From a virus (lineage: Duplodnaviria > Heunggongvirae > Uroviricota > Caudoviricetes): a DNA stretch of 57,327 bases. Location: the IMG/VR virus record IMGVR_UViG_3300034357_000765; one strand, 5' to 3'. Shown here piece by piece: positions 8,527 through 18,600 of this stretch (position 1 is the stretch's first letter; every line of letters begins with the position of its first letter). Both the position numbers and the translations under genes were made by a program. The notes beneath the pieces are model-generated. The model was not told the DNA's origin and did not search any database. It worked only from the letters and a program-made list of their open reading frames with translations.

Positions 8527-11223
8527 TTAAATATCTCTCACATCCACACGATATCTTTCAGATAAAACAACAGAACTTTGAGAAACTCTTGTCACCAATA
8601 TTTTCTTTCCTTTATTTAAACTGAAATATGGAAGGTTCGAAAGCAATGAAGTACTTGTTCCATGTAGTTGCATTGGCAGTGAAGTGCTATTTGTAGTCGT
8701 GTAAGTAGAAAATGCCACACTACTATTTATATCAAATGTTACATAAGAACTTGTTGCAGAAACTAATGAATCTACTTTATATTGTCCAGAAAAATCATAC
8801 ACTGAAGAAGTTCCTACAAAAAGATTGTTTAAACGTAAAGTATCACCAGGTTTTATAGAGTTGTTTATTAAATAAGCATTACCAAGAAAAGGAACGTCAA
8901 GATATCCACCACTTCTAAGTGTGATTGGTTGTGTAAAATCTATTTCAAATTTAAAATCTTTCCAAAGTATTGCAGAGTTTGGTAATTGTTTTGTAGTGTT
9001 GTAATAAACCGGTAAATCAATCTCACCAACTAACAATACCTGAGTATTAACTGAAGTTGTTGTAGCGATGTCACTATTTATGTATATGTTTAGTTTTTTA
9101 TTTTGTGATGCAAATTCTGTTCCAGAAATATAGAACTCTGCAGTTTGCATGAAATCTAAATCTCTACTAAGTAAAATAGTAAGTCTATCATTATTAGGAA
9201 GTGTAAGTGGAACTTCATCATTATTAATAAAGTGTACCATGAAGTCTTTGTTTTTAGGAACAGCCATGTTCATTGGTATTATTCCCTGTGCGTTATAAAG
9301 ATCAGTTGTTTTTACTTGATCAATTTTAACATAGTTTGTATCGATACTATTTAGTTTTATAGAAGTTCCTGCAGTGACCACTTCTATAGAGTCTGATGTT
9401 ACCATCTGTCTTGTTGAATATAGTCTTATTAAGTCTTCTAAAGACTTTACTTTAGCGTTGATAACATTGATATCAGTCTGTGTGTATATCAAGCCTTTAA
9501 TCGAGTTTATTTCGTCTTTAATGATTCCCTGATCAGCCAATATATTTAAAAAACTATCATTTGTAGAAGAAAGTTTTTGCATTGCAGCATTGAAAAGATT
9601 CATACTAAACATAGAGTTTATGGCCTCTGGATTATACGTATCCTGTGGGTTATCATTTATTATGTTGAAGTTTAAGTTCAAACTGAAAGCAAAAGAACTA
9701 CCATCTTGTTTTCCATTAGAAACCAATTTTTTATAAGTAGGGAATTTTACTCCTATTTCTTCTTCTTTATCATTGTTGTTTGGATTATCCAAGAAAGAGA
9801 TTCCATATACGTTTGTTCTAGAAACTCCGTTTTGATCCTCTACTGTATAGTACCACAATATTGCGTTAAACTCAAAGTCATTAGGTGGTGTATTGTTAAC
9901 TTCCAAAGCATTGAACTGGTCAAAGTTAGTTACTTTTCTGTTAGCAATGTTCATCTTCACATAGTGTCTGGTATCAAAGTCTATTCCAAGACCATCTATT
10001 GTCTGTGGAGTTACTATAGGATTGTTTATATCTCCTTTTACACCGAAATAATCACCACTTCTTCTAAGAACGTCACCAGTAGAAGTTTCGTAGGTAAAGT
10101 CTAATGTATCAAAATGTCCAAAGTAAGAACCTGGATAGTTTTGAGGTGAACTAACGATAGGTGAGTTAAAAAGTTCCGCACCCATTATTTCAGTCTGATA
10201 TTGACTTGGTAATATAGGAAATATTAAATTTGGTTTATAGTTTACATCATAGTTAGTTCTGAAAAGAATATCAGGTGTCATACCTGTATGATCTGGGATA
10301 TGTGCATAAACTTCTGTGTATGCTCTGTTAGCTTCTTGTACGTTACTAACACCATTAATCTCACCTAAGTATTGAATAAGTCTGTGATAAACTAATTCTG
10401 CTTGTCCTGTAAATTCTATTTGTCTACCTAAAACTGTATCAACATCAATAATAACTCTTTGACCCGCTGTTGCACCTGGTGCTATTATATCTAATACTTT
10501 TACGAATTGTCCTTCTTCGGAACCTGAATCATAAAAGTATTGTTCACTTCCATTGTTGTATATAGTCGAGTTACTTACATTGAATATTCTAATAGTATCA
10601 CCGATTCTGAAATTTGTCAAACCATTGAACTCTATCTCCATCTTTCCATTATAAGAACCAGAGTCAGTTAAATAAAAGTATCTTGTGTCCCATTCGATTA
10701 CTTCTCTTTCTTTCCAAAGATATTCTGGAAAGTAAGCATCATCGTTTAATTTATTACTTTGAAACTCACCAAGATTTGCAAAATATTCATCTTGTGGAAT
10801 TGCAGGTTCAAAGTCAACTACATTAAGCATTTTACACCATTTAAAAAATAATTTCTCACTAGTAGTTTCCAAAGCATTAGTATCATAGTAATACTTAGTA
10901 CTATTAAGTCTACTTTCTCTGATTACCACCTCTTGGTTAGCAACATAGTTTCTAAGAGACTCTACTATCTGTGAAGAGAAATCCGCCGGAGGAGTAGCAT
11001 TCACTGATCTTCTGAAAGAACTTTCAAAGTCAAAGTATATTGGTTTTGATTGCGTTCCCGCGCTTAAGTTCTGAGTAGGAAAATTCAATAACGCATATTT
11101 AGAGAAATACATTTTATAGTTGGCATTTTGATATGCCGCCGATATATCCTCTGCTGCGCCTGGAAATGCGTAAAAGGTTGTTCCATTTGATTTAAGTCCT
11201 TTGTAAAGTGGTGTACTTGCCAT
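8527..11223 (-). CDS. putative virion structural protein, 898 aa
   Basis: Long ORF in the structural run; no catalytic motif recognised. Confidence 0.5.
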   Translation of the reverse strand: MASTPLYKGLKSNGTTFYAFPGAAEDISAAYQNANYKMYFSKYALLNFPTQNLSAGTQSKPIYFDFESSFRRSVNATPPADFSSQIVESLRNYVANQEVVIRESRLNSTKYYYDTNALETTSEKLFFKWCKMLNVVDFEPAIPQDEYFANLGEFQSNKLNDDAYFPEYLWKEREVIEWDTRYFYLTDSGSYNGKMEIEFNGLTNFRIGDTIRIFNVSNSTIYNNGSEQYFYDSGSEEGQFVKVLDIIAPGATAGQRVIIDVDTVLGRQIEFTGQAELVYHRLIQYLGEINGVSNVQEANRAYTEVYAHIPDHTGMTPDILFRTNYDVNYKPNLIFPILPSQYQTEIMGAELFNSPIVSSPQNYPGSYFGHFDTLDFTYETSTGDVLRRSGDYFGVKGDINNPIVTPQTIDGLGIDFDTRHYVKMNIANRKVTNFDQFNALEVNNTPPNDFEFNAILWYYTVEDQNGVSRTNVYGISFLDNPNNNDKEEEIGVKFPTYKKLVSNGKQDGSSFAFSLNLNFNIINDNPQDTYNPEAINSMFSMNLFNAAMQKLSSTNDSFLNILADQGIIKDEINSIKGLIYTQTDINVINAKVKSLEDLIRLYSTRQMVTSDSIEVVTAGTSIKLNSIDTNYVKIDQVKTTDLYNAQGIIPMNMAVPKNKDFMVHFINNDEVPLTLPNNDRLTILLSRDLDFMQTAEFYISGTEFASQNKKLNIYINSDIATTTSVNTQVLLVGEIDLPVYYNTTKQLPNSAILWKDFKFEIDFTQPITLRSGGYLDVPFLGNAYLINNSIKPGDTLRLNNLFVGTSSVYDFSGQYKVDSLVSATSSYVTFDINSSVAFSTYTTTNSTSLPMQLHGTSTSLLSNLPYFSLNKGKKILVTRVSQSSVVLSERYRVDVRDI

Positions 11224-11310
11224 CTAAGTGATTTTAATTTTATATTCTATATATAATTATTCTCTTTTTCTGTTTGATAAAACATTTTGACGTAAATAAA
11301 TATAAAACGT

Positions 11311-11748
11311 ATGTTAGCCCATATTTTTTATTCGTTTGGAATATTGTTTGTGATAAGAACTCTTTCATCTATACATGGATTCCAAAAATACCATTCCATA
11401 AAGGAATGGCAGCAAATCTATTACGAAAAAATAGGTAAAGCACCTAAAGATTCAGAATATAGAAGTAAAGAAGAGTTGGAGACATATCAAACACAGATAG
11501 TTCTTAATATATTAGAGATAACTTGGTTATTGATTGGACTATTCACATCAAACATGAATATATTTATTTCGATAATATCAATGTTTTTGTTAATGAGTAT
11601 TTGTAGTAAATCTTTTAGGTTCACGGTTTTTGAAAAAACAACATCAATGCTTTTTATCTTATTAAGATTTTTCGTATATTTGTTATTGATTGTAAATGAT
11701 TTTGCATATCAATATGACCTTTGGTCTATTATTAAAAACTGGATATGA
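11311..11748 (+). CDS. predicted membrane protein, 145 aa
   Basis: Several hydrophobic helices; overlaps the next gene by ATGA. Confidence 0.65.
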   Translation: MLAHIFYSFGILFVIRTLSSIHGFQKYHSIKEWQQIYYEKIGKAPKDSEYRSKEELETYQTQIVLNILEITWLLIGLFTSNMNIFISIISMFLLMSICSKSFRFTVFEKTTSMLFILLRFFVYLLLIVNDFAYQYDLWSIIKNWI

Positions 11749-12173
11749 TAATTATACACGGAGAACAAGGAACTGGAAAATCAACTTTGGCACTGAACCT
11801 AATAAAGAACAAAAAAAATTCTTTATATTTGGTATTAGAGAATGACTTTAGTACTATAAAAAAATTGAAAGAATATAAGATTGACTACACTTATATGAAA
11901 CACCGTAGTTTAATAGATTTAAAATATAGAATATTAGAAAATGGTGGACTGATTGGCAACAGCTTAGAATATGTTGTTATAGATTCTATAAACCTTATTA
12001 ATGATAATAAGTCATACAAAGAAAAAATAAGCTACATAGAAGAACTTGAATCAGACTTCAAAATAAAGATTTTATTAGTATTTAACACGTTGAACAGGAT
12101 GGATAAAATGAAAAAGTTTATTCATTCAATAGAAAGACACAGATTGATAGACATCAAGTTTATGCCTGTGTAG
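11745..12173 (+). CDS. small P-loop NTPase (RecA/KaiC-like core), 142 aa
   Basis: Walker A GEQGTGKS and Walker B YVVIDS. Confidence 0.7.
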   Translation: MIIIHGEQGTGKSTLALNLIKNKKNSLYLVLENDFSTIKKLKEYKIDYTYMKHRSLIDLKYRILENGGLIGNSLEYVVIDSINLINDNKSYKEKISYIEELESDFKIKILLVFNTLNRMDKMKKFIHSIERHRLIDIKFMPV

Positions 12174-12624
12174 GAGCCTCACCTTCAGGTGCCTCAGGAG
12201 TAGCTTCTCCTTCAGGTGTTTCAGGTTTCTCTTCTTTTTTTTCACCACCTTCTGCCAACAATTTAACAGCTTCTTCTATAGATTTTTGAGTTCCTTTTAT
12301 CAGATAGTCATATAAACCTATGGCATTAACTTCACTTGGTGCGTTTCCAAAAAACTTTATGTCGTTCAATATCTCGTCGATGTCATTTCTAAACTTTAGA
12401 TAAAAGTCGTATAAATCAGAATCGTTTATCAATCCCTCAATCTTAACATCTTCTGGTTCTTTAACGAACTTATCCACAAAAGACGCAAATTCTCCTCCAC
12501 TCTTTTCGATAGTCTTTTCTATCATCGACTTTATTTCGTCTTTTATCTCAGTGTATTTTGAGGAATCGACTTTTTGAACTTCTTCGTTCGCTTCTTTTAT
12601 GAATTCTAAGTATCTTTTTACCAT
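12160..12624 (-). CDS. acidic protein with N-terminal capsid-targeting-like motif, 154 aa
   Basis: Start moved to ATG 12624 (MVKRYLEFIKE), directly after TTAATATATA at 12629-12638; Glu/Pro-rich tail. Confidence 0.7.
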   Translation of the reverse strand: MVKRYLEFIKEANEEVQKVDSSKYTEIKDEIKSMIEKTIEKSGGEFASFVDKFVKEPEDVKIEGLINDSDLYDFYLKFRNDIDEILNDIKFFGNAPSEVNAIGLYDYLIKGTQKSIEEAVKLLAEGGEKKEEKPETPEGEATPEAPEGEAPTQA

Positions 12625-12628
12625 AATG

Positions 12629-12638
12629 TATATATTAA
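12629..12638 (-). promoter_or_regulatory. phage-type promoter motif TTAATATATA
   Basis: Exact motif 4 nt upstream of the ATG. Confidence 0.6.
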
Positions 12639-12653
12639 AATTTAATATTATTT

Positions 12654-15600
12654 TTATCCCCAAGTTCCGTTAAAAACTCCATTATACCATATTCCTGTTT
12701 CAAAGATTCCTTCGTTGAATATTCCGTTTGTCCATATTCCTGTCTTCCAGTTAGCGTTATTAAATCTACTGACTATTCTTAGACCAGAGTCTATTGCAGC
12801 AGTTTCGTCATATAACTGAGCACCTAATACATCTGAATATCCGAATTGTATTTCCCAATTCTGAAGACGTCCTATGTTTACTCCACTTGTGTTTTCTATA
12901 GAAAGAGTCCAATCTCCATTCGCATACTGAGTTGTTCCCACAAGATTTGTGAAATCTGCATAGTTGTTCTTACTGATTAGTGATCTAACATTCAAATCTT
13001 CTGATATTAACTTATCACATTTTGCTGAATATTTATCTACTCTATAGCCATAAGGAACTCCTGTTGCAAATGATGCAGTTCCTGTTGAACCAATCTCAAT
13101 AAAGGATGACGTATTTGCAGCAGAAACTAAAGTTATTATAGTCTCTGTAACCGTTTTTGCAACACCAAGATATTTTTCATAGTATCTCATTGTACCACCA
13201 ACATTCGTGGTTGTGGTTGCATATATTTTAGATCCAGGCATAGCTCCATTTGTTAAAAAGAAAGCTTGGTTTGTTAAAAGTGTCGCTGGTGAGCTAAGAA
13301 ACAATCTAGAGGTATGTACATATAATTTACCAGGAGTTACAAGTTCACTCTGTGTACCTAAGTTCATCTTAAAGTCACCTTCGTATATAGGTTTTCCAGA
13401 ATCCAATTCAGACAAGCTCTGATCATATGAAAATACAGTGTCTATCATGTTTGTATCATCGTTTCCTTCGTTGAACTCTTTAAGTCCTATTATTTGTCCA
13501 TTTGGTGATCTTAGGTTTATTCTTATTCCTCCTATACCGGAAGATTTTACTTCTAATACTCTGAAATAGTAATATCTATTAGGAGAAAGACCGACAACCT
13601 CATATTGGTATATTAGTCCAACTTCATATTGTGCAAGATAACTTCCAAAAAGGTGGTCCTCTGAAATCTCTATTCTATAACCATATATCTCATCACTTGT
13701 AGAATATGTTGTTCCTGTTGCAATGGTTGTAGTGCTTATATCATTTAGCGATATAGGGTCTAAAACTCTTTCTATAGCAACGTAGTTATTTCCATATGAC
13801 GCTATCATACTACTATTAGTTCTATATACCATTGGTCCATTTGCTAGAGTGTTTCCTGGTCCGTTATAACCGTTTGGTGTGAATCCCCATTGTAGCTTAA
13901 TGACTCCTAATGAGTCAGACTTTCTAACACCTATTAGATTCTGTGATAAGAAGCTTACTTGAGTAGTTGCACCATTTGATCCATTGTTCGTATTACATCT
14001 GAACTTATAATTAAAATTTGTAACCGTCGAGTTTACTACGTTGTCATAGAAGTAATAGCCTTTGTTAACATTGGCGCTTACCAAATATCCAGTACCTGTA
14101 GAAAAGACAAGAGGAACGAAGTCGTTGACCAACATAAGCTCGGTGTCGTTCGCGATTGACGCAACTTTACCCAATAGATATGGTATCGCAAATATAGTTG
14201 CTCCAAATGGTGTTACAGGATCTACTTTATATAGATAGATATCAGATCCTACTTCGACCTGAGATAAGAATTGTGTTGATATACCGATGACTTTCTTCTT
14301 GTTGCTACTATGCACATATACATTACCCACTTTGTTCCATACATTAGGAACAATACCTGGATTACCAGGCAAACCAACAGAAGAGTTTTGCCAACCAGCA
14401 CTTACCGAAGCTAAAGATTTTGGTGCACTTGATGAGTTCGCATCAAATAACGGTAACGTAGGATAAGGATTCGAATTTGATGATGGAGTTATTGGCCCTG
14501 GTGATGTTCCCAAAGGAAGCTCCCAAGTTGATATTCCTAAAGGATCTGTAGGTCCACCTACTTTATATTGAGCAACAGGAGTATATTTTTCAATCAGCTT
14601 GTTTTCGACAGAAAGATTTATTTTAACTTTAACATCTTTTATTGTCTCTCTAACTCCAGTTGTTGTTATAGTATTTGTTATTATAGAGTTAGTACTAAAC
14701 GTAGCATTTATTCCAGTGTTTGCCTTTTTATAAGAAACGAATCGACCACTAAAGTCAGTTACATTTGTAGCTACATAAACTTCGGTGTATTTGTTTATAG
14801 TATCTTCCATTGTATAAAGAACGATGTATTTTTTCGGTTCATCATTATTTCCATACAATACAGAAAGTTCGTTTTCAATATTGTTGTCGATTATATAAAA
14901 CTCATCTCCTATATTAAATTTAAAGATTCCGTTCAATATGAAAGAGTTATTGTTTTCGTTCATTCCGATTATTTGTATATCTTCCAATATACCACCATGC
15001 CATGTTCCAGACTTGAAGTCTATATTATAAGCGACACCACCATAGAAGTCACCAGATATCCATTGACCCGTATACCATATAGAATATTTGTGAACATCCG
15101 AAACATCAGGTATAGTTCCTAGTTTAGAGAAGAAACTTCCACTTAACCATTTACCACCGTGCCAAGTAGCAGTTCTCGAGTTGTATGCCTTTGTTCCAAA
15201 TCTAGAATCAATGTTCTTTGATTCGAAAGATCCGTTATACCACATTCCATTCTCAAAATCACCACCATTCCAAACTCCGTCTATCCAATATGCAGGTTCA
15301 TTATCTGTGTTGAATATACCTGCATTCCATTCTCCAGTTACCCAAATACCACCTATGAATCTTCCTCCGTTCCAAGTTCCATCATTCCAAGTTCCGTTAT
15401 TCCAAACACCTGCGTTCCAGTTTCCGTCATAGAATCTTCCGTTTATCCATGTTCCATCGTTCCATGTTCCACCAAACCATCTTCCCGTATACCAAGTAGA
15501 TTGGAATTCATCAGAAGATTTTTTGTCTATCTCTACAGAAATCTTTTTGTCTTTAATCATTTTAGAGTTCCAAGTTCCTGCATACCAGTCTCCCAGCTTC

Positions 15601-18600
15601 CAAGTTCCTGATATCCAAGTTCCACCGAACCATCTTCCACCTTCCCAGATTCCTTTGTACCAAATAATTTCACTACCTTCCTGTCCGATTACTGCACCAG
15701 AAACTTCTGCTTCTAAAAGCCAAGGGAAGTTCAACGAAATTGTTTCTATGTTTAATCCGTCAACTAATCTGAATCTATATTTACTGAAGTCTACATTTAC
15801 CAATCCAAATTTTCCGTCTGTTAACTTTGTATTTTCAACTCCAAGCTCAATCGCAATATTTCCTCTTTTATTTACTCCTATATCAATCAAATCAACTGGT
15901 TGGTAGTTTAAGAAAGGATCTTTCTTTACATATCTAACATAACCAGAGTCAGATCCAACAAAAGCTTCATTTCCATAAGGAAGATCCACTGCAAAATCAT
16001 ATTCACCATATACCTGAGTTACAACTCTGTATCCAAAGTAGTTTTGATTTAATTCTGCGGAAGATTGTGAACCACCATTAAACTCTAATACGATTCCATC
16101 ATCTTTTGATAGTTTGTGTTTCTCTGAACAAGTTATGAAAAGCTGTCCACCAAAATCAACCGTGTTTGTTATAGGAATGTTGAAGTCTCTATCAAGTCTT
16201 GTTATGTTCATTGCCAACTCGTTTTTGTAGTCAATATACATAACCGCACTAAGTGAATCAACAGTATCAACATCTGAAAGAAATATCTTAGCATAAGAAT
16301 CTGTAGGAACTTTAAAGTTTAGTTCACTTTGATAGTTGTTGTAACCAAAAGTATCGTTCACAATATGTTTAGTACTTAACTTAGCTTTGTGTATGTTGTT
16401 CAACTCCTGTAAGTCATCACTTATCTGAAGCAACGATCTTCTCGATATTATATCTATAGTACCATCATTAAGAGATGTGTTTAACTGAAAGTTTATTTTT
16501 TTATGGAACTCTATTACATAAGTGTTTAATCCTATATTGTCTATATTTTCTATCTTGTATTTGTGCATAACAAGAAGTCTTTCAGTTGTGTATGTACCTC
16601 CTGCATCTGGTTGATATATCGAAACGTCAACAAAAGTGTTTAGTAAAATACTTTCCCATTCTAGTTTAAGTTTTTCTCCAAACATTATTTTGTTTCCAGT
16701 AGTCGACGATTGTGTTATTCCATTTGAGTCTATATAAATGTTACTAGAACCAAGAGATCCCAATGGAATATCTTTGTATATAGGCATTGCTAGATACTCT
16801 TTAGATGCGTAGAATGTTGAAAGTCCATTACTTACTTTGTTTATACTTTCTAAATAGTCAAGTAGATTATAAGTTGCGGTGTATCCAAACTTCAAGAATC
16901 CACTTGTGTATATCATATCTTTTACATAGTTACCATAAGTAGACGTTTGATACTTATAAGTATTCAGAAAAACATTTGTTGCCAAGTTATAATATGATGT
17001 TAGATTGTTAAACTTTGGAGTAAGTTTCAAATCATAGTTTAGATACGATGCAGAACCTGTTATCTGCATTTTGTATGCGTTTCCGATTGGATGTAAATTA
17101 AAGTTATAAACTAACTCATCAATATCTTTATATCTGTTTAAGTTAGTTATCGTAACAGTTGAAGTCACTAAAGTATCTCCAGCATTCAATATCAAATCAG
17201 TTATTATTGTTTGGTTGAATTCGGAATACATATAAACGTATGTAGATGTTCCATCAACCCAAGTCTTATTTACTATTAAGTTTGTGTCTATAATACCACT
17301 TTCTATTCTTGTAACATCTCCTACATTGTATGTGTATTGAGAAGTAGGAACTTTTAATATCATAAGATAATCATATAGATAAAGCTTTATAGGTGTTAAA
17401 TCAGTAGGTGCTGTTATATTGGCTCTATTTAACTTATCATATCTACTACTTTGTGTTCCAGAATAATCAAAACTCGGTGCAAGCTTTATAATATCTGTCA
17501 AATCATTACTGATTATTCCTTTGTAAAGTTTCACTTTGTTTTCCTTACTTGGTATCGCACCATTTACTAATGCACCCGATGCATAAGAGAAAGTTGTTGA
17601 TATCAAAACCATACTTCCTGTTATACCACTTACTGCATATTCGTTTAGTGGATATTTACTATAATATTCGAAAGTCTTTTGAGAATCTACCCAATAAGTA
17701 AGCCAGTTACACTCTGATTGTGTTAGCATACTAGGTGCAGTTGCACCGTATATTATAGGACCAAATCCCATATCATAAAGATACTCTGAACTTCTTGTAG
17801 TAGATAATGACCCATTAGCAAGTTTTTTGAATGGAATACTAGTACTAAATGTTATTGAATTTGGCATTCTGTAGTCTCCTTGATCAGTAAACCAGTTTAG
17901 TTTAGCACCAATATCATAGTCCATGAAAAGAAGTTTTGACTTCAATCTATTTTCAAAGTTATCATCTAATAAATTAAAGTTCAATGTTGTACCATAGTTT
18001 GTGGTTTTCAACAAAGAGTTGTTTCCTGCTATTATCAACTCATTTTCTTCGTAATCGAATATTTCGTTTGCCCACAAAGAAGACTTAAGCGTCGCGTATG
18101 TTCCTGAAATCGTATTAGAATAAGTGTTTCCAACACCTATATACTTAAAGTTATTTATATCAAATGAGTATAGTCCATCCGTCGCAGTAAAGTAAAAGTT
18201 GTTTGTGTTTGATTGTCTTGTAACGTTTCTTATGTCACCATAGTTCTTTCCAAAATCTAAGTATAGAAAGTCAAAATCTGTGGCATCAGTCATATCATAG
18301 GTTATTAAGTTACCATTGTTTGTTGCGATAAACATAAGATCCTTTGTAGTTGCAGTGGTTTGTGTACTACCAAAAGAATAACTTAAACCCCATGTATTTA
18401 TAGTAGTTTTATAAAGGTCATTGATTCCTTCTACTAATAAATACTCATCATCATCATCAATCTCTTTGAAGATTCTTCTTTTTAATGCAGTCCAACCAGA
18501 CTGATCTTCATACATTTCTAAGAAGACTCCGTTTCTTCCACCAATATAAAATCTATTTGCTTCTGTGAAAAGAACTTTATTGTATGTATATGGTGCAAAG

